DNA of 64,000 nt from a virus (Duplodnaviria > Caudoviricetes). The notes under the pieces are model-generated. The model was given only the letters and a program-made list of their open reading frames with translations. It was not told the DNA's origin and did no database searches. The number at the start of each line of letters is the position of its first letter. The stretch's first letter is position 1. This document shows, piece by piece, positions 51,738-61,585 of the stretch. The position numbers were made by a program, and so were the translations under genes. Where the stretch lies: IMG/VR virus record IMGVR_UViG_3300011008_000071, positions 32,001 to 96,000 of that record. One strand, written 5' to 3'.

Positions 51738-52505
51738 ATGAGTGAAATTATGATCAAATCACAATGCCCGAAGTGCGGAGAAGAACTCGCACTCAAGGCA
51801 AATGTGCCGGACGTTATGCCGGCACAGGTCAGATCCGGTATGCAGCCGATCGGATCGATTCAGGTGTATAAGATTACATCTGAAATGATGAAGGAATTCA
51901 TTATCGCAAAGGCTAAGAAGTACTGCCCGGCGGTGAAGATGGAGATCGTGCCCAGATACACCGAACGCAAGCCCAGGCCGAATGAACCTCACAGAGCATA
52001 TGCATCGCTGCGTATTGCCTTCTCGGAAGAGGCAATGGAGAAGAAGGAAGACTATGGATTCTATGACCAGATAGGCGAGTCCAATCTCACACCTCATCTC
52101 CAGCCGAGCATCTTCCAGAACCTGATTCGTATGTACGGCTACAATCCTAAGGACATCAATGAATGGCTGCATTCGTACAAGAACATGGAGAAGCTTGAAG
52201 AGGCTCTCGGTATCACGGAAGCATACATCGACGATCTTAAGAAGTACGCAACACCGCGTCTGGTTAAGTCCAACGATGATCACAAGTGGATCATCTTCTC
52301 TGCTGCTGCTGAGAACGTAATCGCGGATATGCTTACAGATGTTACAACCAACGAGGTTGCCGGCAGAATCCAGATCCAGGATGTATACCAGATCAGCAAG
52401 GACATTGTCGAGTTCATCGTTTATCTCCATCCGGCTACAATGAAGATCAAAGAGAACCCGCACGTTCGTCAGATTCTTCTTGGTGAGGAAAAGCCCAAGA
52501 AGTAA
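51738..52505 (+). CDS. Hypothetical protein (N-terminal CPKC)
   Basis: 255-aa ORF, AGGAGG RBS, C-ending codon bias suggesting high expression. Confidence 0.8.
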   Translation: MSEIMIKSQCPKCGEELALKANVPDVMPAQVRSGMQPIGSIQVYKITSEMMKEFIIAKAKKYCPAVKMEIVPRYTERKPRPNEPHRAYASLRIAFSEEAMEKKEDYGFYDQIGESNLTPHLQPSIFQNLIRMYGYNPKDINEWLHSYKNMEKLEEALGITEAYIDDLKKYATPRLVKSNDDHKWIIFSAAAENVIADMLTDVTTNEVAGRIQIQDVYQISKDIVEFIVYLHPATMKIKENPHVRQILLGEEKPKK

Positions 52506-52562
52506 ACAGTTATATACCTAAAGCTTTAGGCATATTAATAAACATACAAGGAGCAATTGCAA

Positions 52563-52796
52563 ATGAAGGGTAAAGTAAAGTGGTTTGATGTTAACCGTGG
52601 ATTTGGATTCGTTGTTAAGGAAGATGGAACGGAGACACATATATCCGCTCGCAACATCAAGTCCGGCAGAACTTTCGTTGGTCTCACTGCAGGAGACACG
52701 ATCGAGTTCGATGAGAAGAAGTTCCGTAAGGGAATGGAAGCGGTAAATGTTACGCTGGCCGAGGACGATAAGGCTGAAGCAAAGACCGAAGAATGA
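52563..52796 (+). CDS. Cold-shock domain protein
   Basis: KGKVKWFDVNRGFGFV...HIS...L..GD.IEF...AVNV. Confidence 0.9.
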   Translation: MKGKVKWFDVNRGFGFVVKEDGTETHISARNIKSGRTFVGLTAGDTIEFDEKKFRKGMEAVNVTLAEDDKAEAKTEE

Positions 52797-52800
52797 TGTA

Positions 52801-52833
52801 ATGACCCCGGGGAGATTATCTCCCCGGGGTCAT
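52801..52833 (+). terminator. Rho-independent terminator
   Basis: ATGACCCCGGGGAGA-TTA-TCTCCCCGGGGTCAT followed by T-run. Confidence 0.7.
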
Positions 52834-52891
52834 GTCTTTTCTTTTGTCAATACAAACACTCATGGTAACTTTTGTGAAAGGATATGATCAT

Positions 52892-53461
52892 ATGCCAAAA
52901 ACAATTTTTATGAATAAATCTACCGATGATAAACCGGCTTCCACACCAACTAACGTTAGACCATCACCACAACCTGGCCAGAAACCTGGGATGAAGATTA
53001 GCCCACCTAAATCTCCACAACCTTCCCCGCAGCCTAAACTAAGTCCTCAACCAAAGTCGCCTGTTAAACCAAAGGCTGTTCCAGCACCGATTGAAATCAA
53101 AAAAGAAGAACCGGCACAAGAACCGCCGAAGGAACTTAAGGCTGGACGGAAGAATATCAATATGCAAACATATATTGATACTCCGGATGATGATTGGGGT
53201 GTAATGGCTCCTGTACACAAAGCTGTCGGTAATGCATTACCCAAGGTCACTAATCCCGTTCTCACTGTTCCCGTAAATCCACCTAAGGGCGAATCCATTG
53301 ATAAACCGTTGTATGTGTTGGACCAGGATGGTTTAAATACTCTAATATCATCTCTGGTGAATGAGTTATCAGAGAGATTCGTTACAAAAGAAGAAGTTCA
53401 AACACTGGTTCGAAACAGCTTGCAAACAATGGTAATGGAACAAGTACGTCCGAAGAAGTAA
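52892..53461 (+). CDS. Pro/Lys-rich hypothetical protein
   Basis: SPQP repeats; RBS before the ATG at 52892. Confidence 0.7.
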   Translation: MPKTIFMNKSTDDKPASTPTNVRPSPQPGQKPGMKISPPKSPQPSPQPKLSPQPKSPVKPKAVPAPIEIKKEEPAQEPPKELKAGRKNINMQTYIDTPDDDWGVMAPVHKAVGNALPKVTNPVLTVPVNPPKGESIDKPLYVLDQDGLNTLISSLVNELSERFVTKEEVQTLVRNSLQTMVMEQVRPKK

Positions 53462-53462
53462 C

Positions 53463-53492
53463 AAAGACACCCGGGATATCCCGGGTGTCTTT
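53463..53492. terminator. Bidirectional hairpin between convergent genes
   Basis: AAAGACACCCGGGATATCCCGGGTGTCTTT. Confidence 0.7.
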
Positions 53493-53496
53493 ACTG

Positions 53497-54795
53497 TTAA
53501 TAATCGAGAGATCTGTCATCAAATTCATTGCCTGGTTCGATGAAGGGTAGATGACGGTTAAGATCGGGTATGATATACTTCTTGACATTTTCCCAAATAG
53601 GCTTTTCTTTTGCCTCCTTGTAAATGTCTTTGAATGTGAATGTAAATGAGTCGTCGCCTTTGAATTTGAGACGGTTACGGTTACCTTCGATGATTCCGTT
53701 CTCTCTTCCATATGACACCAATGACCTCAGATTGTCGAAGCCGTATTTGTGGCTGAATACAAGTTCGAATGATATACCTTTGGAGTTATTTCCAGACTGA
53801 TTAGATGAGGATTTCACCGGTTCAACCATGACCATATGTCCAGATATACCATCAGCTTCTTCCGTAAAGTCGTCGCCTGGACGAGCCGTAAGCTTGATTA
53901 TATTGAATGGGTAGTATATCATTGTTTTTCCGCCTGGGATAGACTCATCCTGTTTAAGATAATTCTGCTGTCTGGCTACTGGTATGAAAGCATTCATGCT
54001 CATATTTGTATTGATATGGTTGATACCATATACGATAATATTCGCTTCCTTGCACATCGGAAGAATGTCTTTGAAGAAGCCTTTCATTGTCTTGGCATCT
54101 CTTGCGCCTTCGGTATTACCACGCATTGCTTCAGCAGCCGCAGCTTCTTTGGCATTATCAGGATTGAATGTTTCATTCATTACTGTGGTAATTGAATCGA
54201 TGATGACTACTGTAGGTTGGAATATTACAACGTCTTTACCGAACTCATCTTTGAATCCGGAATTGACCAGAAGCTGGTCTTTAAGCTTCATCTTGGATAC
54301 ATACGTCTTGACAATCATCTCCTGAATCGTATCCAGTCCGACCATACCAGAACGAATCATGTATCGCTCATTCTCAAAATACTGAGAGGGAAGACCAGTG
54401 ATGGTCTCGGCCCTGGATACATCGAAACGGTTTTCGCAGTCGAAATGAATGACATTGGCATACTTGTATTGTCTTATGATATTTGCAGCTATCTGTGCGG
54501 CTAAGGTCGTTTTGCCGCTCCCGCTGTTGCCAATGATGAGGTTAAATGTACCGGCAGCCTGGCCTATGCGTGCCTCCTGTTTTTCCAGTCTTCCTAAATC
54601 ATCATGTATGTTTATGACAGAACCGAAGTAGTAATCGAACAATGGATACCCCGTCTTGATGAACGCGGTGCGGACATTGGTATGAAACAGATTCTTCTTA
54701 TCATTGTCACGTAATGCAGTAAGTAACGGATTGAATGTAGATAGATCCTCCTGCTGTTGCATGATAGTATCAAGTGCATCATTTTTCTTAGCCAT
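53497..54795 (-). CDS. uvsX: RecA/UvsX-like recombinase
   Basis: IKTGYPLFD, GNSGSGKTT (Walker A), FDCE, VIIDSIT (Walker B), INH, IPGGK. Confidence 0.88.
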   Translation of the reverse strand: MAKKNDALDTIMQQQEDLSTFNPLLTALRDNDKKNLFHTNVRTAFIKTGYPLFDYYFGSVINIHDDLGRLEKQEARIGQAAGTFNLIIGNSGSGKTTLAAQIAANIIRQYKYANVIHFDCENRFDVSRAETITGLPSQYFENERYMIRSGMVGLDTIQEMIVKTYVSKMKLKDQLLVNSGFKDEFGKDVVIFQPTVVIIDSITTVMNETFNPDNAKEAAAAEAMRGNTEGARDAKTMKGFFKDILPMCKEANIIVYGINHINTNMSMNAFIPVARQQNYLKQDESIPGGKTMIYYPFNIIKLTARPGDDFTEEADGISGHMVMVEPVKSSSNQSGNNSKGISFELVFSHKYGFDNLRSLVSYGRENGIIEGNRNRLKFKGDDSFTFTFKDIYKEAKEKPIWENVKKYIIPDLNRHLPFIEPGNEFDDRSLDY

Positions 54796-54900
54796 ATTTA
54801 GGCCTCCTTAAATCATTTTTTTGTTTACCCATTCGGGTTCAGAATATATCATTATCTTATCGGATATTTAATATGGCCCAGGAATTCCTGGGCCATATCC

Positions 54901-55902
54901 TTATTCACTACATCTTGGCAGGAATTGACTCGTGTAATATATGGTAGGTTTGTCAAAAACCAATCTAGGTATCTGGATAGGTCCTTCAATCTTTTCAGTC
55001 TTGACGATCCCAAATGTTCTACGATGTTCCAACGATGGGTACATATAGTTTTTGACAATTTGTTGTTCAAGATATGACCAGTAGAAGAAGCCTGGATACC
55101 TGGCAGCATAGTCCAGAACATTGAGTTGATATTTGATTTTATCATTATCATATTCAGGATATTCTTTGAGCTCACATGGAATACCCATGCTCCATATCAT
55201 CCACTGTAACCATTCAAGTCTTTCTTTGGACCAATGGTTTACCGACACCTGATCCGGTGTTAAATCCTTTCTGTAGCCGATATCAAATGCTCCTCGGATG
55301 AATTGCACCCTGTCCTTCTTCCATGCAAACATGTACTCCAATGGGATCGGTGTCGAAGCAATACAGTGTGTCTTGGCAAAGAAGTTGTAACCCGGGAAGA
55401 ATTCATCCCATGTAATGCGGTGATCTGTGTCTTTGCCCTTCCACTGGAAATACAACTTCCCAGTACCGATTGTAGGAAAGTATTCGATATTGTATGTATG
55501 TGAGAGATTGTTATTCACTTCATATCTACCGGAAGGAAGATTCAGATATGGGTCATTGTAATCTCCATACATGAGCAATGCTCCGGCTACATATGGATCT
55601 GGATACAGCGGTTCCGTAATCCGTTTCCGATCAAACTCAACTTCATATAGAAAGAATGCTCCTTCTATTCCATCTTCTGGAATGTCCTTTGCATGCTTAT
55701 ATACTCCTACAGGAATATACTCACAGCATCCATATACATCTTCCCTGCCATCTGAAAATGTTATCTTAACTCCTGAATCAAATGTTACAGTATCTATGCT
55801 TCTAACTTCTATAGGATTTCCTGTTCCATATTCATATACCGTATCTCCAATAACGACATCTGTTACTGGTAAAATTCCTCGGGTTGTGATTACTTTAAAC
55901 AT
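54901..55902 (-). CDS. Free-standing degenerate intein-like protein (Hint + LAGLIDADG remnants)
   Basis: KVITTRG...DVVIGDTVY (block A tail), KITFSDG (block B), DPYVAGALL, IPLEY, RVQFIRGAFD, C-terminal YYTSQF; lacks Cys1 and terminal His-Asn. Confidence 0.7.
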   Translation of the reverse strand: MFKVITTRGILPVTDVVIGDTVYEYGTGNPIEVRSIDTVTFDSGVKITFSDGREDVYGCCEYIPVGVYKHAKDIPEDGIEGAFFLYEVEFDRKRITEPLYPDPYVAGALLMYGDYNDPYLNLPSGRYEVNNNLSHTYNIEYFPTIGTGKLYFQWKGKDTDHRITWDEFFPGYNFFAKTHCIASTPIPLEYMFAWKKDRVQFIRGAFDIGYRKDLTPDQVSVNHWSKERLEWLQWMIWSMGIPCELKEYPEYDNDKIKYQLNVLDYAARYPGFFYWSYLEQQIVKNYMYPSLEHRRTFGIVKTEKIEGPIQIPRLVFDKPTIYYTSQFLPRCSE

Positions 55903-56010
55903 GATTCGTATCCTCCTTTTGTAAGGTTATTATTAGCAATGGGTTTGAAACAGGCATATTAATCAGAGCCTGCCCGGCTCAATTATTTAACATTTATGAG
56001 GAGAATTACT

Positions 56011-57081
56011 ATGGAAAAGGTTAAAAACACAACAGCAGAAGATGTCCAGGCTTCTGTTAGCTCAATATATTCTGCTTTGATTGGAAAACGGAAAAAAGAT
56101 AAGGAAGCAAAGGAAGAAGAGAAACGTCTTGCAAAGGAGGCTAAGGAAGCAGCCAAGCAAGATAAGAAGGATGATGAAGAAGAAAAGATTTCCAAGCGTG
56201 CAAAACGTGAAAAGGAACTGGATGCATGGAAATCTGTGTTCTGTGAACTTACCGGAGATGATCTGGAATATGTCGGAACCAAGAAGAAGAAAGGTAAAAA
56301 GAAATACAAGAAATGGATCGATGATGATCTCGAGAATGAAGTTCGAGTTCAGAAGGCCAAGAAAGTAAAGAAGAAAAATTACCGCAAAGAATTTGAACCT
56401 GAACTGAACATGCTCAAGACACTGCTGGCTGAACAGAACCGCATCAATGCTGATATGTTGAAGCGTTTCCAGAATGCCGCAGGGCCAGCAACCAAGGATG
56501 CGATGTTCCCGAATAAGACACTCGTGGAGCTCATGGCTACCATTAATGCTGGTAAGACCAACTCTCTTTCTATGTTGAGGGAAATCGGGAGTCTGAAGAA
56601 GGCTGTGGCCGATCTGGAAATGAAGAGGAAGAAGATGGAGCTGGATGCTGGAGGCAGCAATAACGATAGTATGGATCTCGGATTAATGGGCTCTTCCCTG
56701 GCATCGAATATGTTCATGGGCTCTACTAATCCATATGCATCCACCCCTGTATCTAATCCTGTTGATTTGCCTGTATCAACACCGAATATTCCTCCTGTTA
56801 CGAACACTTTCACTCTTCCAACAGAGGAGTTTGATCCTGCCACATGGGAAGGAATCCCTGGGGCTAGCGAGTACAACTACGAGGACATTCCTCATGAGAT
56901 ATATGTGGAGCAGAAGGGTGATACAGGTGAGAAGAGATTCGTTGCTGTTCGTACCGACACCGGAGAAGAGATCAATATTCCGAATCTTCCAACGGTTGAT
57001 CCTAACACCCTTCCGGTAGATGAGAAGAAAGGTACAGTAAAGGGAAAGTTTGAAGAAGTATACAAACTGAAAATTGTATAA
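56011..57081 (+). CDS. Hypothetical protein (highly charged N-terminus)
   Basis: ~356-aa ORF, GAGGAG RBS. Confidence 0.75.
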   Translation: MEKVKNTTAEDVQASVSSIYSALIGKRKKDKEAKEEEKRLAKEAKEAAKQDKKDDEEEKISKRAKREKELDAWKSVFCELTGDDLEYVGTKKKKGKKKYKKWIDDDLENEVRVQKAKKVKKKNYRKEFEPELNMLKTLLAEQNRINADMLKRFQNAAGPATKDAMFPNKTLVELMATINAGKTNSLSMLREIGSLKKAVADLEMKRKKMELDAGGSNNDSMDLGLMGSSLASNMFMGSTNPYASTPVSNPVDLPVSTPNIPPVTNTFTLPTEEFDPATWEGIPGASEYNYEDIPHEIYVEQKGDTGEKRFVAVRTDTGEEINIPNLPTVDPNTLPVDEKKGTVKGKFEEVYKLKIV

Positions 57082-57095
57082 GGGAGTGATACCTT

Positions 57096-60000
57096 ATGAA
57101 TTATACGAATTCTCGAGAGACATCCCCTCTTCAGAATTTATTCGTTGATGTAAAGAAGATACTCGACTTCCTGGTTGTTAAGGATAACGAAGCGGCAAAG
57201 GAAGCCGAGACGGATGAAAGTAAATGGCTGGCATATGCATGGATGGATGCACGGATGCATCATGATGATTATACCACATACAAGAAGTTTTGGACAATCG
57301 ATATGTTCCAGCAGGTTGCTCCTGTGACGAAGCGGGAATTCAACTTCTATGTTGAACATCCGGACAGAGTGGGACTTAAGTTCCGTGATACGCTTCGGAC
57401 ATTGGGTAGAGAGAAGTTCTTAGAGTCTTACGTAGAGAAGAATAACTACTATCGAATGTTACAGGGTCTTCCGGATGTCGATGATACCGATTACATATAT
57501 CTTCCAACATCTCTTCAGGAGAAGTATGGTTTGACAGAACGTACTCCTGTGCATGAGTTGGATGAGTATCTCCAACGGCGGTATATGAACACCGATGAGT
57601 ATGCCAAAGTCGTTACAGATAACCCTAGTAAGAAGTATCTTCAATTCCTTGGAAATAACAAGGTTGACCTATACACTGCTAGGAATGCCAAAGACTTTGA
57701 AATCATTCGGTATCCAAACAATAGAGCAGATATCAATCCGAACCTGCTATTGTCATTTGCTGAGTTATATTCCAATTACCGTGAGTATGTGATGGTCGTT
57801 TTGTACAACCCCCAATTTGAGAATGTATATGACTATTACAGGACATTCATGGGAACATTGATCCTGGAATATACATTACTTCAGATTGGCAACTCTGCTT
57901 TGGAAGCCGTGAATACACACAAGTATCTGGATGATTCTGTGCTACATACGATACTGTCGATGTATGGAATTCCGGATTCATTAATCATGAACCGGAATAG
58001 CAGACGTGATCTGGCAATCAACATTCTGAAATTAGTCAAAGAGAAGGGAACGAATGATGTTTACTATGATATCATTCGGATTCTGGGCTACCAGGACGTT
58101 GCAATATCCAAACTAGTTCTGATGAAGGGGCAAGAATTCGATTCCAATAAGGATGCTTTAAGCACCGTCGATCCATACTTCCTGGAGATTGATCTGAAAG
58201 ATCCCAACCCATACAATACAATCACCAACGGGAAGGCAAATAGGTATTCGTATCATGACATCATCTCCGGGGATCAGAGTTGGTGGGATACCCCAGATGT
58301 CCAGAAGATTTTAAAAGAATCAGATTACTCCATGATGGACACCAAGTATATCACCATTGAGGCAACGATTAACCAGATGCAACATATGTTGGAAATGATA
58401 TACTTCCCCAGAATGATTCTGGATAACAAGTCCGTAGCCGAGGATCTGGAGATTGAGATTCCTGAATTGTTTGGTACCAATACCGTTCCCGTATATGATA
58501 TCATTCTATTCATCATCTCGGCACTATGTCTGGAGACGAAGTCAGAAGCAAAGTTCGTTGATGACAACTCATTGCAGGCTGTAGCCGGTTTCAACTTTGA
58601 TATCAAAATGGATTCGTTCAAAGAATTTCTGGATACGACTTCGTATGTCGATAAGGCCCAGATCATGAAGTTCATGAATGCAATCAATATCGGAAATCTG
58701 GATGACATTACCAGGGTCTTCTCAGATGTGATAATTCCAATGAGGGAATGGCTAGAACGGAAGGTTGTCAATGCGTCAACCAGGGAAGAATTCCTGGAAT
58801 ATGAATCCATATACAGAGCTCTCTTCTCATATGACATTGCCAAGAACTCTGTCGTAGATGATATGAACTTCAAAACACCTTTGGAGATCATATGTGAGGA
58901 ATATGGTATTTCCGAAGAACAGATAAAGGCATATCAGCACTTCTACCCAAGACAGCTGTCTGGAGAAGCGGTGCTAGATTCTGAATTCGAAAACTCCCGC
59001 TATGCAAACTCAAACGAATTCCGTTCCAAGATTGCATGGAAGTTCAATATCACTGTTGAGGTCGGCTCCAAGATTGACCAGCGTGGTTTCATATATTTAC
59101 ATGATATTCTGAACTACCATGACTGCCGGGATATCCCGTGCTATGTAATGGGCAATGACGGAACATACCATACTGAAGGTAGAATGTTCATGGATTATAT
59201 TTCCGAAGAAGAAGGATGGGTCGTAAACCAAGACGTTGTTAAGAAGGTAATTGAAAAGATAAACTATCTGGATGATAATCAGTTGAACGGGGCATATTTC
59301 GTTGCCGATACACCGATCATCAACTCTGGTGGACAGTGGTACAATTCCGGAACGAAACTGTCAAAGATTTCTCCCGTATTCAAAAACATTCTCATCGAGA
59401 AGATTCAATTGGATATGGATGGGAGAGCCGACCCAGCGGACAACTATTATGAACTCCTAAGAAGGAGAAATACATTGCTTTACAACACGTTATTCGGCAT
59501 AACGAAAGACCGATATAACCGTGAACCAGAAGCATGGCTTAACGATGTAATGTCTGTATTCACCTCCCTGGAAACGGAATTGTCCATTCATCTTAAGTAC
59601 TATGAACATTCTGTACTTGGAAAAGATATGTTCTTTAAACCTTTGATAACTCTCATCAATCATTTCAAATCAATGATGGTTCATATTGCCAAGACAGGCG
59701 TAAGATACATATTCGACTCCAAGATGGACATCACTGGTACATCGAATATGTTCCGACTTTTCGATGATACCAGTATGACTATCCATTTCACCACAATTGC
59801 CAACTCCGGCTTCACCTCCGAATTTGCATTGTATGATACTATTCCATCTACAAAAAGAAATATCATAATCAAAGATCAAACTAGGTTAATCAAAGAAACG
59901 GTTGGATCTGGATTTGCAACGGAAGTAAGAACACGATATGATGGATCAATTCATATGGTGGATGAAGCCAAATTCTATATCAATGGGAAACCGTTGGATC

Positions 60001-60167
60001 CTAATGATCATGCTTCACTATGGTTCAATGGAGAACCTGGAACTGGCCGTTGGTCGGAAGAAGATGACATCCTGGTACGTACCAGGATGGGTCAGGAACG
60101 TATCAAAGATTATAAAGTCGATTATGAAGGATGGAAGGATTTTATAATTTCACAAAGTCCAGTATGA
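57096..60167 (+). CDS. Virion structural protein, baseplate-wedge-like
   Basis: 1023 aa; NNYYRML and LVKEKGT (KGT motif typical of myophage wedge proteins). Confidence 0.65.
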   Translation: MNYTNSRETSPLQNLFVDVKKILDFLVVKDNEAAKEAETDESKWLAYAWMDARMHHDDYTTYKKFWTIDMFQQVAPVTKREFNFYVEHPDRVGLKFRDTLRTLGREKFLESYVEKNNYYRMLQGLPDVDDTDYIYLPTSLQEKYGLTERTPVHELDEYLQRRYMNTDEYAKVVTDNPSKKYLQFLGNNKVDLYTARNAKDFEIIRYPNNRADINPNLLLSFAELYSNYREYVMVVLYNPQFENVYDYYRTFMGTLILEYTLLQIGNSALEAVNTHKYLDDSVLHTILSMYGIPDSLIMNRNSRRDLAINILKLVKEKGTNDVYYDIIRILGYQDVAISKLVLMKGQEFDSNKDALSTVDPYFLEIDLKDPNPYNTITNGKANRYSYHDIISGDQSWWDTPDVQKILKESDYSMMDTKYITIEATINQMQHMLEMIYFPRMILDNKSVAEDLEIEIPELFGTNTVPVYDIILFIISALCLETKSEAKFVDDNSLQAVAGFNFDIKMDSFKEFLDTTSYVDKAQIMKFMNAINIGNLDDITRVFSDVIIPMREWLERKVVNASTREEFLEYESIYRALFSYDIAKNSVVDDMNFKTPLEIICEEYGISEEQIKAYQHFYPRQLSGEAVLDSEFENSRYANSNEFRSKIAWKFNITVEVGSKIDQRGFIYLHDILNYHDCRDIPCYVMGNDGTYHTEGRMFMDYISEEEGWVVNQDVVKKVIEKINYLDDNQLNGAYFVADTPIINSGGQWYNSGTKLSKISPVFKNILIEKIQLDMDGRADPADNYYELLRRRNTLLYNTLFGITKDRYNREPEAWLNDVMSVFTSLETELSIHLKYYEHSVLGKDMFFKPLITLINHFKSMMVHIAKTGVRYIFDSKMDITGTSNMFRLFDDTSMTIHFTTIANSGFTSEFALYDTIPSTKRNIIIKDQTRLIKETVGSGFATEVRTRYDGSIHMVDEAKFYINGKPLDPNDHASLWFNGEPGTGRWSEEDDILVRTRMGQERIKDYKVDYEGWKDFIISQSPV

Positions 60168-60244
60168 TAATCCACCAAAAATAAAGTATATCATATAAAG
60201 CCGGGCGCCAGGGATGGACGGGGCAGGATGTGGAAAGAGGGGCG

Positions 60245-60547
60245 CTATTCGGTGGTGACTCGTATGACGGTGCTCGATCTGGTGCTTTCTCGTGCCTCCT
60301 GAATAGTACTGTGTCTTATTCCTACTGGATTATTGGCATAAGGTACGGCGGATTTAATCCAATCAAATGCAACGAATTTGAAACTACCATTTCCTGCATT
60401 GGCATCTTCGATAGAATCGAATACGGTAAGATCCACTCCACTATTACAGAAGGATTTGATCTTTCCTATGACAATTTCATTTTTGGCACACTCGATGATT
60501 AACAGTGTCCCGTCTGTCTTGAATTGTTCCAACTTCTTTTGTCTCAC
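60245..60547 (-). CDS. Hypothetical protein whose C-terminus runs antisense through the 74-bp repeat
   Basis: 100-aa ORF with GTG start; last ~30 codons overlap the repeat. Confidence 0.5.
   Translation of the reverse strand: MRQKKLEQFKTDGTLLIIECAKNEIVIGKIKSFCNSGVDLTVFDSIEDANAGNGSFKFVAFDWIKSAVPYANNPVGIRHSTIQEARESTRSSTVIRVTTE
60264..60337 (+). repeat. 74-bp dispersed repeat, copy 2 (DGR variable-region-like)
   Basis: Identical, in inverted orientation, to 39630-39703; preceded in frame by ALFGGDSY. Confidence 0.85.
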
Positions 60548-60598
60548 ATTAACTCATCTCTTTTCTGTCTATATACCGTAATAACGGTTAAGACAGAG

Positions 60599-61159
60599 TT
60601 AGTTGCTAAGATTCTTATTCCACTCAGGATTTTCCGAGTCAGGATAGAACCATTTCGGTTTTCTTGTAGAGATGTAATAATCAGGGATATCAGGATATAG
60701 ATTCTGGAACTGGCCTGATGTGGGATCGCAGTAGATGGTAGTATGCTTCCAGTGTATTGCCAACCATGTATGTTCGATGTACCAATCCTCTTCTTTAATC
60801 TTCTTGCTGTGCTTCTGTTCTCCATGGATGAAGTCAATCGTTATGTCCAGTTCCTTAAGAACGTCACAGTTGGAAAGGTAATTGATGTTAGGCATATTCA
60901 CTGTATGGTAGGTAACGCTGCCATCTTCTTTGAACAGGGAATCAATCAGTGCGATTCCTACTAAGTAACGGAGATAGTCACAGAAGTAGATGTCAAACAT
61001 CAAACATGCCCGATTACATTCCCCTTCAAAATTTAATGGGACCTTTTGTCCACGTTGGGCATAATGCTTAGTAATTTGGTCACGGACCTTAATCACTGTC
61101 TGTGTGATAATGGATACCATATCATTCTTATCAATCTTTAAAATGTCTTTAATTTTCAT
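60599..61159 (-). CDS. Transglutaminase/papain-like Cys-His-Asp protein
   Basis: GECNRAC...EHTWL...YCDPTSGQF. Confidence 0.65.
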   Translation of the reverse strand: MKIKDILKIDKNDMVSIITQTVIKVRDQITKHYAQRGQKVPLNFEGECNRACLMFDIYFCDYLRYLVGIALIDSLFKEDGSVTYHTVNMPNINYLSNCDVLKELDITIDFIHGEQKHSKKIKEEDWYIEHTWLAIHWKHTTIYCDPTSGQFQNLYPDIPDYYISTRKPKWFYPDSENPEWNKNLSN

Positions 61160-61248
61160 ATTTCCTCCTTTGGAAACAAAAGACCCATATTGCCATAGCC
61201 CGGCAATGCCGGGCTATGGACAACACGGATCCGAATTCGATAAAAGGG

Positions 61249-61428
61249 TCACTCAGTAAAATACTGAAGTTTTTCATCGTCTGTATAAACGTCCTCTGTT
61301 ATGGGTTCTTCCCCATTCTTCTTTTTCAGCAAGTCGTCGACTTTGCTCTGAGAATTGGGACGGTTGATCAGTCCGTCCCGGAACATAAGATCATTGTCTT
61401 CGTTTGCCGAAATGACTTTGTCATTCAT
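61249..61428 (-). CDS. Small hypothetical protein
   Basis: AAGGAG RBS; MNDKVISANE..., 59 aa; overlaps the upstream ORF stop. Confidence 0.55.
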   Translation of the reverse strand: MNDKVISANEDNDLMFRDGLINRPNSQSKVDDLLKKKNGEEPITEDVYTDDEKLQYFTE

Positions 61429-61585
61429 TTTGAAACAACTCCTTTTCTTTACTGTAGTCCTTGGATTTGTCGATTTTAACAAGATATGAATATCTGCCCG
61501 GTTTGATTTCGCCACGAATCATCTTCGATAGAAGAATATCCAGAGGTTCGTCTCCAAACTGTTTCAATCGCTTTACTGCCTGCAT
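61421..61585 (-). CDS. Small hypothetical protein (absent from the ORF track)
   Basis: AGGAGG RBS, MQAVKRLKQFGDEPLDILL..., 54 aa; ATATATTAT motif upstream. Confidence 0.55.
   Translation of the reverse strand: MQAVKRLKQFGDEPLDILLSKMIRGEIKPGRYSYLVKIDKSKDYSKEKELFQNE

Noticed and set aside
51759-52463. Long antisense or alternate-frame ORFs (also 4544..5188, 12434..13072, 27992..28606, 48203..48799 and others)
   Set aside because: Shadow ORFs of well-supported genes; no RBS or protein motifs.
39630-60337. The 74-bp inverted copies as ends of a transposon or invertible segment
   Set aside because: No transposase or site-specific recombinase between them, no target duplication noticed, and the enclosed genes are core genes; RecA-mediated inversion cannot be excluded.
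60230-60502. 90-aa plus-strand ORF as a complete DGR target gene
   Set aside because: The VR-like part is at the N-terminus, the CLec body and GARLS end are missing, and the remainder is antisense to 60245..60547.
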